Source: Mobula hypostoma
Taxonomy: Eukaryota
Reading direction: 5' to 3'
DNA length: 64,000 nucleotides
Assembly: GCF_963921235.1 (NCBI RefSeq)
Contig: NC_086097.1
Span: 5,146,001 to 5,210,000 of the forward strand
The position numbers and the translations under genes were made by a program. Below the pieces are notes generated by a model, which saw only the letters and a program-made list of their open reading frames with translations, did not search any database and was not told the DNA's origin. Below are positions 41,515 to 54,440 of the stretch, piece by piece; position 1 is the stretch's first letter, and each line of letters starts with the position of its first letter.

Positions 41515-41760
41515 ACCCGGGGGAAATTGGTTTTCCTTACAGTTGCACCATAAATAATAAATAGTAATCAAACCATAAATAGTTAAATAGTAATATGTAA
41601 ATTTATGCCAGGAAATAAGTCCAGGACCAGCCTATTGGCTCGGGGTGTCTGACCCTCCAAGAAAAGAGTTGTAAAATTTGATGGCCACAGGCAGGAATGA
41701 CTTCCTATGACGCTCTGTGCTTCATCTCGGTGGAATAAGTCTCTGGCTGAATGTACTTCT
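41515..41760 (-). mobile_element. Rex1 3' end, same family as 4355-5236
   Basis: Reverse complement of ~4955-5200. Confidence 0.85.
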
Positions 41761-42873
41761 GTATTCAAGCTCTGTTTAGTAAGAGCAAGTACCCAACGTT
41801 CATGGCAATCAAGCACAACTGCAGAAGCCGGAAGTATGACCTGTTAAGTGTATCCAGCATGTTCAATTTTTGATCCAGTATACATGTTAAATACCTTATC
41901 TACCTGGACTGGAGATTTGTGGACTTGCAGACCCATTTCTTGTGTTCCTGTCACTCATTGTACATATCTTAGCTTTTGTAGTTCTCATTGAATGCATCAC
42001 TTAACACTTACATGGATTAAATTCTACCGTCAAGAGCCCCTACCACCCAATACATGCTCTCTTCTCACTGCTGCAATCAAGAAGAAGGCCCAGGAGCCTC
42101 AGGACCCACACCACCAGGTTCAGGAACAGTTATTGCCCCTCAAACATCAGTCTTTTGAACCAACGGGGATAACTTCATGTAATTTAACTTGCTATATCAC
42201 TGAACTGTTCCCACAACCTATGGACTTACTTTCAAGGACTCTTCATCTCATGTTCTTGATATTTATTGGTTATTTATTATTATTTGTATTTGCACAGGTT
42301 GTTGTCTTTCGTACTTTGGTAGTCTGTCCATCCTATTCAGTGCGATCTTTCTTTGATTCTATAGTGTTTCTGGGATTTATTGAGTATGCCCGCAAGAAAA
42401 TGAATCTCATGGTTGTATATGGTGACATAGCTATACTCTGATAATAAATTTACTTTGATCTTTGCATCCACCATGCTCTCCCTATCAGTATCATCCCATA
42501 TCCTCGTTATTCTGCTCACTACTTTGAATGCCACTAATTTTCACATCATCTTCAAACTTATTAATCATACCTCCCACATTCACCATTGATGATCTTTATA
42601 AACATAAAACATAAAATCTTTCTTTACCTTATTTCCAAAAAACACCCCATGGCACTAACAGAAGGGTTTATTAAACTGGATATGTATTGCTAAATGTACT
42701 GTGTGTGCACCTTAGACCATTGTTTCATTTGGTGGGACACTTGTGTAAGGATGAATGACAATAAACTGAACTTGAACTTGAACTTAAATTGTATACTTAC
42801 AGTGTATATCAGGAAATTAACATGATAGAGTTTGATTTGTAGAGCAGTACTGATCTAAACATTGCATTTATAG

Positions 42874-43677
42874 TGTGACGGGGTCCTGAATTACCCCTGT
42901 CAACTGTGCTTTTGAAAAGAGAGAGAGAGAGAGAGTTGTTCAACACCAGACACCTTGTTATTAAGAGAGAGAGGCGAAAACTGCTTTGAGATGGTGTTAT
43001 GGTTTCTCTGCAACTTGTTTACACTTTGCAAGGACTGTCAAATTTTGTGTTCTTACGGAGAGAGAAGGGAGGAGCTTCTTGATGGACAGCTGGTGTTCAG
43101 CACGGTGAGATAAATAGAAGGTCAGCTGATAGACTGACAGACACATGGTGTTGGACACTGAATGAGCTTTGTTGAGCCCACAAGTAAGGCGGGTTTTGGA
43201 GGATCGATCAGTGGCTCTCACAGTGTGAAAAGAGTGTGACTGGTGGGGAGTTATTCTTGTGTCCAACCATCACCTCGGTTGATAATTCCACCACAGAAGA
43301 ACAATCCCCTTTGTTGTGGTCACAGTCAGTGACTTCTAAAGGAATTTGGAGGACAATGGGAAGATCGACGGCATCAGCTCACCTGAAGAACCAAACAGCT
43401 CTCTCTCTCCAACACTACTCAACTCAATACCATGAATTGAACTGAACTTTACTCATCATTGTAAGACTATCTAATTACCCCTAGACTTGAAGAAGCTTGG
43501 TTTTCAGATATTTCCACACTTATACATATCTAATCATTGGTAGCCTGTTTGACATATCTGATTTTATATTACTGTATTGTGCAGTTACTAATAAATACCA
43601 TTAGTTAATAGCAATACCGGACTCCAAGGTGTTTTCCATTTTTGTTGGTTCTTTAACCCGTCACGGGATACGTGACA
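42874..43677 (+). mobile_element. Solo LTR
   Basis: TGTGAC...GTGACA termini, atag/gtag flanks, AATAAA near 43590. Confidence 0.72.
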
Positions 43678-44227
43678 GTAGAATTTATTTTAGGTAGAGA
43701 AATATAAGCACTTATAATGGCACCTTAACCTATGACATTAAAAAGAACTCTGCTCTACTGAGGTGCAGTGTTGTGAGAGCTTTACATTGCTTCAGATGTT
43801 GTTATGCAGCCTAGTGCATATTACAAGTCCTGGTTATGCGACCTCTGATGACAAATAGACAATCTCTGAAGAGTATTGATAAAGTCTGGGGTCACCTATC
43901 TTGTAGAGACACTGCCAGAAGAAGGTCATGGCAAACCACATCTGTAGAAATACTTGCCAAATAAAGTCATGGTCATGGAAAGCCCATGGTCATATGACGT
44001 GGCACATGACATGATCAGGTGACACGGCACATGACAAACAACCGACTGGCACTCACCTTAGCTCAAAACCACTGAGTTATGTTGGAAAAGTCGTCACTGC
44101 TTTAATAAATAAAACACTAAAAATTCCTGCACAGCAGGGAACAGCTTCTGCAAAGCAGACTAGCACTGGGTGGGCAGGGCAGGCAGTAACATGACAATGA
44201 GCTGACAAACTGCTTTACAATGCTGAA

Positions 44228-44400
44228 GAAGAAGGGATAAATACTGACCAGGTCTCTAAAGATAGCTCCATTGTTCATCTTTGAAGTCACACTGCTGGAT
44301 CGTTTGCTCCGTTAGAGAGGGTAGAACGTGGAACAGTCGACTGCATAACAACATCTGAAGCAAGGTAGTGCTCTCACTCCACTGCACCACAGTAGCAGCA
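44228..44400 (-). mobile_element. Ancient Deu-domain SINE remnant
   Basis: agggataaatactgaccagg...ctccactgcac resembles the reverse complement of the Deu/SacSINE1 core as I recall it. Confidence 0.45.
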
Positions 44401-44809
44401 GGGATGCTTTTTAATATAACAGGTTGAAGGTTTATTTTAAAAGAAATAAATATTATTTATTCTCTTTTCTCATTGCCCAAATTAGATTCTCTTATTGCCT
44501 GGCATTATTTATTGGAGTAAAAACAGAAAATGCTGAAAAAACTCAGCAGTCCAATCAACATTTGTACAAAAAGAAACAGTTAATTGAAGCTTGGTTCTCG
44601 ATGGTAAACTCTATTAATGGACACGATTTACGAACCTATGCATCTGTGGGATTGGGGCCAGGGGAGAGCTGAAGACACCCGAGGAATCAATGCTCACAAC
44701 AACCAGTAACCAGGGATACGGGCCAGTCGAGATCACTTAGGTATCCAGTTGGCTGGAACCGAGCAGAGACGAGTGGCCAGCGCAGTAGGCAACTAATCAG
44801 AACTATATA

Positions 44810-45285
44810 ATCAGAATCAGAATCAGCTTTATTATCACCAGCATGTGTTGCAAAATCTGTTAATTTAGCAGCAGCAGTTCAATGCAATACATAATATTGA
44901 AGAAGAAGAAAAAAATAAGTAAATCAATTTACAGTATATGTATATCGAATAGATTAAAAATCATGCAAAAACAGAAATAATTGTATATTAAAAAAGTGAG
45001 GTAGTATCCAAGGGTTCAATGTCCGTTTAAGTATCGGATGGCAGAGGGGAAGAAGCTGTTCCTGAACCGCCAAGTGTGTGCCTTCAGGCTTCTGTATCTC
45101 TGACGCTGCCTTTCTGAGACTCTGCTCCCTGAAGAAGTCCTGGGTACTTTGTCGGCTAATACCCAAGTTGGAACCGACTAAATTTACAACCCTCTGCAGC
45201 TTCTTCCGGTCCTGTACAGTAGTCCCACCCCCACCCCCATACCAGACAGTGATGCAGCCTGTCAGAATGCTCTTCACGGTACATC
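44810..45285 (-). mobile_element. Rex1-type 3' fragment
   Basis: SILTGCITVWYG..KKLQRVVN; (ATTCTG)n tail. Confidence 0.75.
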
Positions 45286-46187
45286 AGAATTTGTGGTGAG
45301 GTAGACAGTGAAAAATATTGTCCAAGTTTATTAAAGAATCTAGATCAATCCAGAAAGTGTGCAAAAGAATAGAAGATAGAATTTAGTTCAGACAAGTGTG
45401 AAGTGATGTGTTCTGAGAAATTAAACAAGGGCAAGATCTATATAGTTTCCGCCCTAAACATCAGCTGTCCATTTCCCTCCGCAGATGTTGTCTGACTTAT
45501 TGAGTACTTATTAGATTTCTAGCATCAGCAGTTTTTAAAATTTCCTGTATTGCTTTTACCCCATTTCCATAAAACTATAATTTTATATGTACGATTCCTA
45601 AATAAAGGGCTAATGTGGCTAATACGAAAGGGTATAATTTTAATGTAATTGGAGGAAAGTATAGGGGGAATGTCCGGGTAATTTTTTTTACGCACAGAGA
45701 GTGGTGGTTGCATAGAACACATGCCAAGGGCAAAGGTAGAGGCATTTAATAAACTCTTAGAGAGATGTAGGCTACACACACAGGAGAATCTTAGTAGGTC
45801 AGGCAGCATCTATGGAAATGAATAAACAGTCGATGCTTCAGATCGAGATTTCTTCAGGACTGGAATGGAAGGGGGAAGATGACAGAATAAGAAGGCAGGA
45901 GGAGGGGAAGGGGGATAGCTGGAAGGTGATGGGTGGAGCCAGGTGGGTGGGAAAGGTCAAGGGCGGGAGAGGAAGGAACCTGATAGGAGAGGAAGGAGGA
46001 TGGGACCCAGGGGGAGCTGATAAGCAGGTGAAATGAGGAAAGAGGCCAAAGTGAGGAGTAGAAGAAGAGCAGAGTGAGAGGAAATTTTTTACCAAAATGA
46101 GAAATCAATATTCATGCCATCAGTTTGGAGGCTACCCAAACAAATATAAGGTGTTGCTCCTGCACACTGAGGGAGGCCTCATCTTGG

Positions 46188-46417
46188 TGTTGTGTATTTA
46201 ATATTTCAGTGATATTGTAAATATATTCTTTGATTAAGCATCTGTTTGTTTACATAATTCATTCTGGGCTATATGTAAAAAGTATGTGAATGGCATACAT
46301 CATTACGCCATCATGTCATATGTGCGCGTCTCGCTAAAGTGAAAACTGAGTCGACATATTTTCCTGGGCTCCCATGTTTTTTTTAAATTAATTTATGGAG
46401 TTACAAAAACATAATAA
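46188..46417 (+). mobile_element. Solo LTR family A
   Basis: tgttgtgtatttaatatttcag...gttacaaaaacataata; homologous to ~61130-61366. Confidence 0.75.
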
Positions 46418-47081
46418 TTGGCATATGTATTACAGAAAAACTGAGGGCTATGTAGGAGGAAAGGGTAAGATTGACCTTAGAGTAGGTTAAAAGTTGGGCA
46501 TAATATCCTGTGCTGAGGGGCCTGTACTGTGCTATAATGTTCTATGTTAATGACCAGGAATGGAGGAGACCATTGCCCTTCCGACCTGGTGGGTCTTATC
46601 GGGTCAGCGTCATGTAACAAAATGAGCCCTCCGTAACAAGTGTGAAACCCTTGGGTGAACATAATGTTAAATTGTCAATTATGGACTGCTCAGGGCTAAA
46701 GTTGCTGGGTTCGAAAGTTTCAGACTTGGGCTGTTTGCTCTGGAGCAGTGGACGCTGAGGGGAGATCTAATGGAGGTTTGTCACATTATGACAGGCAGAC
46801 AGACAGTAGACACACAATACCTTTTTGCCAGGGCTGAAATACCTAATACTAGAGGGCATATATTTAAAGTGTGGGGGTGGGGGGAGGATAATTTCAAAGC
46901 AGATGTGAGGGGCAAGTTCTTTTACAGAGAGAATGGTCGGTGCCTGGAATGTGCTGCCTGGGGTGGTGGTAGAGGCAGTTTTAAGACACATTTAGATAGC
47001 ACATGAATGTGAGGAAAATGGAGGGATATAGGCTGAAGGGATCAGTTTAGTGTGCTATTTGATTGCTAATTGAGTTGGCTT

Positions 47082-48310
47082 AGAACATAGAACATAGAAC
47101 ATAGAATAGTACAGCACAGTACAGGGCCTTCGGCCCACAATGCTGTGCCAACCCTCAAACCTTGCCTCCCATATAAGCCCCCACCTTAGATTCCTCCATA
47201 TACCTGTCTAGTAGTCTCTTAAACTTCACTAGTGTATCTGCCTCCACCACTGACTCAGGCAGTGCATTCCACGCACCAACCACTCTCTGAGTAAAAAACC
47301 TTCCTCTAATATCCCCCTTGAACTTCCCACCCCTCACCTTAAAGCCATGACCTCTTGTATTGAGCAGTGGTGCCCTGGGGAAGAGGTGCTGGCTATCCAT
47401 TCTATCTATTCCTCTTATTATCTTGTACACCTCTATCATCTCTCCTCTCATCCTCCTTCTTTCCAAAGAGTAAAGTCCTAGCTCCCTTAATCTCTGATCA
47501 TAATGCATACTTTCTGAACCAGGCAGCATCCTGGTAAATCTCCTCTGTACCCTTTCCAATGCTTCCACATCCTTCCTATAGTGAGGTGACCAGAAATGGA
47601 CACAATACTCCAAGTGTGGCCTAACCAGAGTTTTATAGAGCTGCATCATTACATCGCGACTCTTAAACTCTATCCCTCAACTTATGAAAGCTAACACCCC
47701 ATAAGCTTTCTTAACTACCCTATCCACCTGTGAGGCAACTTTCAGGGATCTGTGGACATGTACCCTGAGATCCCTCTGCTCCTCCACACTACCAAGTATC
47801 CTGCCATTTACTTTGTACTCTGCCTTGGAGTTTGTCCTTCCGAAGTGTATCACCTCACACTTCTCCGGGTTGAACTCCATCTGCCACTTCTCAGCCCACT
47901 TCTGCATCCTATCAATGTCTCTCTGCAATCTTTGACAATCCTCTACACTATCTACAACACCACCAACCTTTGTGTCGTCTGCAAACTTGCCAACCCACCC
48001 TTCTACCCCCACATCCAGGTCGTTAATAAAAATCACGAAAAGTAGAGGTCCCAGAGCAGATCCTTGTGGGACACCACTAGTCACAACCCTCCAATCTGAA
48101 TGTACTCCCTCCACCACCACCCTCTGCCTTCTGCAGGCAAGCCAATTCTGAATCCACCTGGCCAGACTTTCTGAATAAGCCTACCGTGTGGAACCTTGTC
48201 AAATGACTTACTAAAATCCATATAGATCACATCCACTCCACTACCCTCATCTATATGCCTGGTCACCTCCTCAAAGAACTCTATCAGGCTTGTTAAACAC
48301 GATCTGCCCA
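47082..48310 (-). mobile_element. Relatively well-preserved 5'-truncated CR1 nested in the 3' UTR of an older plus-strand CR1 (46725-48366)
   Basis: [33 protein letters not shown]; (TTCTATG)n tail. Confidence 0.92.
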
Positions 48311-48469
48311 ATCTTGTGGGCCGAAGGGCCTTTTGCTGCGTTGTGCTCTTCTACGTTCTGTGCTCTGATGAGCTCTCAATAGCAAGTGTGCAACTCTTGG
48401 GCCAACATAGCGTTAAATTGTCAGTTGCTGACAGTTAAGAGCTAGATTAGCTGGGGTAGAAAGTTTCAG

Positions 48470-48780
48470 GCAAGAATTGAGCATGCAATCCAGAGAATGG
48501 TGCTACAGGGCAGAGCTGAATGAGAACCTCAGTGCCTGAGTGGTTTTATTTTAAATGAGACATTGAACACTGCCCTCTAAGCACCAGAGAGAGAACGGTC
48601 TCCCTGGAAAAAGAGTGTGGGTTCTTGCACCTTTGCCTCATCTGTTTCTCAACCGAAGTCTCGAGGATGGACTAGCCAGCAATTCATTTTGTTTTGGGGC
48701 ACTAACTGTCTGCGATGTTACAGCAGGGATTACTCTTCAGAAGTACTGACTGTGAAACGCTCTGGAGTGTCCTGACAGGA
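48470..48780 (+). mobile_element. Ancient Deu-domain SINE remnant
   Basis: ttgagcatgcaatccag...atgagacattgaac...actcttcagaagtactgactgtgaaacgctctggagtgtcctga resembles the recalled SacSINE1/AmnSINE core. Confidence 0.45.
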
Positions 48781-49426
48781 GCACAGTAAACACGAACATG
48801 TTCACCCATTCATTGTTCAGGAGACATTGATGGCCAAGGCAAAGTGACAAGTGCTGTGAAAACTCAGGCTCAAAGCAGAAAAGCAGAAGAACATTCAAAA
48901 CACTGTCTTACATTTGTACTTCTTGTTTTCCCCCAAAGCCTGCGTGAGGATATTTCTCTTCCGGAACGTAGCATGCCCTGAAGGTGGAAAGGTATGTAAA
49001 CAGCACCATTAGGTGAACTGAGCAGAATGCTTCGTTCTGTGTAGGTTCTTTGGAATTATCATTGGTAATTCCCCTTTTAAATTTAAGCCTCTGTATTGTA
49101 TGCTCTCAAAGTTCTAAATAAGTGAAGAGAGAGCAAAATATTTAGGACTTTAGAGACCAGGTAGGTAAAATATAAATTTATGAACATTTTTATTTGTTTT
49201 ATATAGAGATACATCGTGAAACTGGCCCTTCCAGCCCAAAGAGCTGCATCACCCAGCCAACTACCTCTTGAACCCTAGGCTACTCACGGGACAATTTACA
49301 TTGATCAACTAAATGATCAGTGATCAATTAAACTGCTAACCGGTGCGTGTTTGGACTGTGGGAGGAGAAAAGAGCACCCAGAGAAAACCCATGCATTCAC
49401 ACCCACGCGTGGAGAGCGTACAAACA

Positions 49427-49649
49427 GTTGTGTATTTAATATTTGAGTAATCTTGTAGATAGTTTAATTAACCATCTTGTTTGCTTAAATTAATTATGGA
49501 TTATATATAAAAATACGCTAATTACATACGTCACCACACACGTGATACATGCATGGCTCACTTAAAGTAAACTTGAACTAAACTTGTACTCCCAGACTCT
49601 GTAACTTGCTTTGAATTAATTTAATGCTCTGAAGTTACAAAACATAACA
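49427..49649 (+). mobile_element. Solo LTR family A inside a SINE
   Basis: gttgtgtatttaatatttgag...gaagttacaaaacataaca. Confidence 0.75.
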
Positions 49650-49689
49650 CTAACACCTTACAGGCAATAGCAGAATTGAACTCTGAAAG

Positions 49690-50345
49690 ATGATGGTGGT
49701 GAATCAGGGCAAGGTTCTACGGGCTGCAGACAATACTTCCAGATATTCCTCTTTCGAATTACTCTCACTGCAATCTGCAGCATGTAATTTCCCTGTTAGC
49801 AATGTACTTTGACATCAACTTAATTATCTGCAGATTTCAAGATCTTTTGAAGGACTTGGCTGACCGAGTAGGTACAGCACCTTTAAGCAGATGAAGGTTC
49901 ATCCCCATGGACAGAAGGAGGAGACTCTGAGCCGGGCTGAAATGCAGAGGGAGGAGGCCCTCTGTACCTAGCATCTTGTTGGCAAATGTGCTGTGCCTGG
50001 AGAACAAAACCGATAACTTAAGGGCAGGACTGCAGTCTGGGAGAGCAATGAGTGATTGTTGTGTTCTACGTCTGAGTGAGACATGGCTTTCTCTTGGCAT
50101 GCTAGATACAGCAATCAAATCGGAAAAGACAAAAGGTGAAGGTGTCTGCTTCATGATAAACTCCCGGACTCGTGTTTCCCTAATCTTGAACACTTAACGA
50201 TCAAATGCCATCCATTCTTTTGATGAACCAAGTTGGTGTGGTCTTTCATTGATTCTGTTATGGTCATTATTCTATGAATTTCTTGGGAATGCCCACAAAA
50301 AATAAATCTCAAGGTTGCAAGAGTTTACTTTGAACTTTGAACTTC
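49690..50345 (+). mobile_element. Rex1-type 5' fragment joined to a 3' tail (internally deleted)
   Basis: PSILLANVLCLENK..CCVLRLSETWL..GEGVCFMIN (APE N-terminus) followed by a (TTGAAC)n tail. Confidence 0.65.
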
Positions 50346-51852
50346 GGAATGAGCAGAGCTGTAAGTGGTATCCTATTTTATTACATACTCATCTACACAG
50401 CGTACAGTAAATGCAGAAATAAGAAAACAAAAATATTATCACAACCAAACTCTTGCAATGGTGTGCTTTTCAGAGTTTCATTTCTATCAGAATGAATGTA
50501 TTAGGACTCAGCAGTTAGAACTCTTAATCTACACAACACATGCTGTGCGCTGCAGGGACGGAAGACTAAAGTATTTGTTCATCATAGTAGAGCCTTGGCA
50601 GAGATTCAGAGAGTGAATCAGAGGGCACCAACATGCGTTGTTGGGTTACAGGTCAACTTTCATTAGTCAGCAAATCCATCCGTCAAATTTACAGCTACAG
50701 AGAGAACGTCTAATGCTGTCTGATTTCTTTTCCAGATAAACTGGATAACTGAGTTATAAGGAAAGATTGAATAGGTTCGGACTTTATTCCCTGGAATGTA
50801 AAAGATTGAGAGGAGATTTGATAGAGATATACAAAATTATGGTAGAATTAATGCAACCAGGCTTCTTCCACTGAAGTTGAGTGGAATTGTAACTGGAGGT
50901 CATGGGAAAGGGTGAAAGGTGAAAGGTTTAAGGGGAACATGAGGAGGAACTTCTTTAGTAAGAGGGTGGTGGGAATGTGGAATGGGCTGCCAGCGCAAAT
51001 GGTGCATGTGATCTTGATTTGGATGTTTAAGAGAAGTTTGATACGTATGGAGGGCCATGGTCCCAGCGCAGGTCGATTGAAGTAGGCAGTTTAAATGGCT
51101 TGGTGCAGACCAGATGGGCTGAAGGGCTGGTTTCTGTGCTGTACTTTTCTATGACTCTATAACTTCACCAATTCTGTTGGCTAATGTGGAATACTGCAAA
51201 TCCAGTTCATTGGTTCATTGGTGAGACTGACAACAGGGGATCTACGTGGCCTTGGCTGTTGCACAAATCAGGCCCTCCTGCCGTGGGGTCATCTGTTGCA
51301 GCCGCCCAGGGGAGGGAACACTGGAGGTGGTGTGGAAGAGAGCAGAGGCACCACTGGAGCCCGTGTGGGTTTCTGGGGGTCGGGGGGGGGGTGGTGGGGG
51401 CACTCCTGTCAGTGCTGCCACCCAGTGTTCACTTTCTGGATTGCATTCATTTGCGCCTGTTCTGGTGCATGATCAGGACTGCTGTGTACTTGTTCTTGCA
51501 GAAACATGGCTCGTGACAACATCCACGCACCATCTATCTACAGGCCACAGCACTCAGGGTCTTGGGCTTCATTATTTTTATGTTTTACTGCTATCGTAAC
51601 TATATGTGCTATACATGCCTTGAACTGTGTGTGACTGGTTGGTTCTGTGTTTTGCACCCTGACCCCAAAGGAACACTGGTTCTTTTGGCTGTCTTCGTGA
51701 TTGAATAACAATTCAACTTGAACTTGAACTATCACAACTAGCAAGAATCTTATGTGAATTGAGTAATATTTAAATTTAATATTAATCTGTATAGAGGTCC
51801 AAGAGCAAAATGCGAAAGGATCTGGTGCTTTCCTGGCATATTTGTTGAATGA

Positions 51853-52172
51853 ATTCTTCTAGGGCCTCCAGCTGGGTAGAGATATTGCTTTTAACTGACA
51901 CTTTATTGACAAACTCTGCCATCTACATCAGGGATGAAGCTGAAGTGTGTCTAGTCCAGCGTTATATATACCCCACCGTCATCCGTCCCTCCTGATTGGT
52001 TAGTCCTCATCCAATCCAATGAGGACTAACTAATCAGGAGGGATGACGATGGGGGTATGCAGTGTGTACCAATGGACTTAATTCCTGTTCAAGATGGCAG
52101 AGTTTGTCATCGAAGCATCGGTTAAAATTGTTAACTGTACTCAGCTGGAAGCCCGAGAAGAGGTTATTGGGC
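51853..52172. repeat. Palindromic element of PLE family 2 with degenerate hammerhead motifs in both arms
   Basis: tcttctagggcctccagctgggta..gacaaactctgccatct versus agatggcagagtttgtc..tactcagctggaagcccgagaaga. Inner hairpin ccctcctgattggttagtcctcat / atgaggactaactaatcaggaggg. Confidence 0.75.
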
Positions 52173-52382
52173 AGAATGCATTCTTTAAGGCTGGGCTAGA
52201 TTAATGTTATTTGAGAAGGTTCATGTGCAAGGGTTATAAGGTCCACTCCTGTAAACTCTTAACTCCTGTTTGTTTCATATTCAACCCTTAACTCTGCTTT
52301 CCTCTTTAAACTACTTACTAACAATTTCATGGAGGCCATGGCAGTGAGTTCTAAAAGCTCAACTGAATTAAATGCACAGAAT

Positions 52383-52603
52383 GCAAACAACAGGAATTCT
52401 GCAGATGCTGGAAATTCAAGCAACACACATCAAAGTTGTTGGTGAACGCAGCCGCCAGGCAGCATCTCTAGGAAGAGGTACAGTCGACGTTTCAGGCCGA
52501 GACTCTTCGTCAGGACGAAGGGTCTCGGCCTGAAACGTCGACTGTACCTCTTCCTAGAGATGCTGCCTGGCGGCTGCGTTCACCAACAACTTTGATGTGT
52601 TGC
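52383..52603. repeat. Fold-back PLE-end mini-element
   Basis: Arms ~52419-52512 and ~52513-52603. 15-bp TSD TTAAATGCACAGAAT at 52368-82 and 52604-18. Confidence 0.9.
52481..52516 (-). ncRNA. Minimal hammerhead ribozyme motif with GUC cleavage triplet
   Basis: GUC-CUGACGA-AGA GUCUCGG CCU-GAAA-CG-UC-GAC. Confidence 0.6.
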
Positions 52604-52719
52604 TTAAATGCACAGAATATTTACTTTGAAAGTCTATTACTGCCTCTTCATTTTTACCAAAATATTATTAACATATTCCTTTCACTGTGATTTATTATTT
52701 ACCACCTAGTTGTAGTTTA

Positions 52720-53110
52720 TAATTGCAAACACACTCTTATTTACAGAGCACTTTTCTTACAGATTATGTAGTTCAAAGCGCTTTACAAAGTGATAAAGTG
52801 AAAACATGAAGACACAATAAAAAACACAAATGCATAAAGAATCACTTTTAAAACAAGGTTAAATGAAAAGGTTTTGAGCTAGTGTTCAAAAGTGTTTAGG
52901 TCTTAGGATTGAATTCCACAGTTTAGCTGACCTGCCAATTATTTTTTGAGGGAGCTTGTTTAAATTTAAGAGACTGACTGAAGAAGACCCGAGAGCTTGA
53001 GCAGGATTATAAAACAAAAACGATTCTATGACCATTAAGAGCTTTAAAAACAAATGAGAGAACTTTATCAGTTATTAAAGATACAGGAAACAAATGCACA
53101 GTAGTTAGGA
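52720..53110 (-). mobile_element. L2 LINE 3' fragment
   Basis: Minus strand ends tgtaaagcgctttgaactac...aaaagtgctctgtaaataa, a typical L2 3' end. Confidence 0.55.
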
Positions 53111-53864
53111 CTCTCAGATTCTAAAAAAAAACATAGAGCTTGTATTAGGTAATTATATGAGTCAAGTGATGGGTATTATGAGGACTATCTGAAGATGATA
53201 AAATTATGAAGAGCAGATTAGCTCACATTACAGTGAAATGGCTAGTCATCTTTAAACTAATTGAGCGTGCAAAAGTTAGTCTGCTGGGCCAGTTCATGTG
53301 TGTTTATTCAGTTGCTAATTTAATAATACAAGATTAAAGATTAGATTTGTCACATCTACAGTACATCGAAACATCAAAACGCACAGTGAAATAGATTGTT
53401 TGCATCAATGACCAACACAGCCCAAAATGTGCTAAAGGGCAGCTTACAAGTGTCGAACTATTTCCAGCATAAACATAACATGTCCACAGCTTATTAACCC
53501 TAACCTATACATCTTTAGAACGTGCATGGAAACTAGTGCAACTGGAAGTCACAAGGAAAACATACAAACTCCTAACAGACAGAGGCATTGAACCCAGGTC
53601 ACTGATTGCTGATGCTGAAATGGTGTTATGCTAACCTCTAGGCTACCATGTTGTCCACTAGAATAGTTCAGGGACTTTTGTTGGTGGTGAGGTGGATAGG
53701 AAGGGGATAATGGAATGTGTTTCAGATGTGGTCCCTGCTACCAGTGAGAAAACAAACAATTCTCGATTCAAGGTAACTGGTTGAGGAGTCAAACATCATT
53801 GGCTATTTCAAAGTGCTAAGTCCAGTGAAATCAGCCTGATAAACAGACCAATTAAATCTGAGCA

Positions 53865-54440
53865 TAGGTCATTGGAGCAGAATTATGCCATTCAGCCCAT
53901 CAAGTCTGCTCCGCCACTCTATCATGGCAGATTTATTGCCCCTCTCAACCCCATTCTCCTGCCTTCTCCTCATAACCTTTGACACCCTGACTAATCAAGA
54001 ACCTATCAGCTACCACTTTAATTATACTCAATAACTTGGCCTCACAGCCATCTGTGGCAATAAGTTCCACCAGATTCACCACCCTCTGGCTAAAGGATTT
54101 CCTCTTCATCTCTGTTCTAAATGGACATCCCGCTATTCTATGGCTATGCCCCTTATTGCAGACACCGCCACTAGAGGAAACATACTCTTCACTTCCACTC
54201 TGTCTCAGCCTTTCAATATTCGATGAGTTTCAATGAGATCCCCTTCACTCTTCTGAACTCCAGCGAGTACAGACCCAGAGTCATTAAACGCTCCTCGTAA
54301 GTTAACCCTTTCATTCCTGGAATGATTCTCGTGAACATCCTCTGGACTCTCTCTAATACCAGCACAGATTTTCTTAGATAAGGAGCCCAAAAGTGCTCAC
54401 AGTAATTCAAGTGGGTTCTGACCAAAGCATTATAAAGCAT
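53865..54440 (-). mobile_element. CR1 3' fragment
   Basis: LVRTHLNYCEHFWAPYLRK..LYSLEFRR. Confidence 0.85.
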
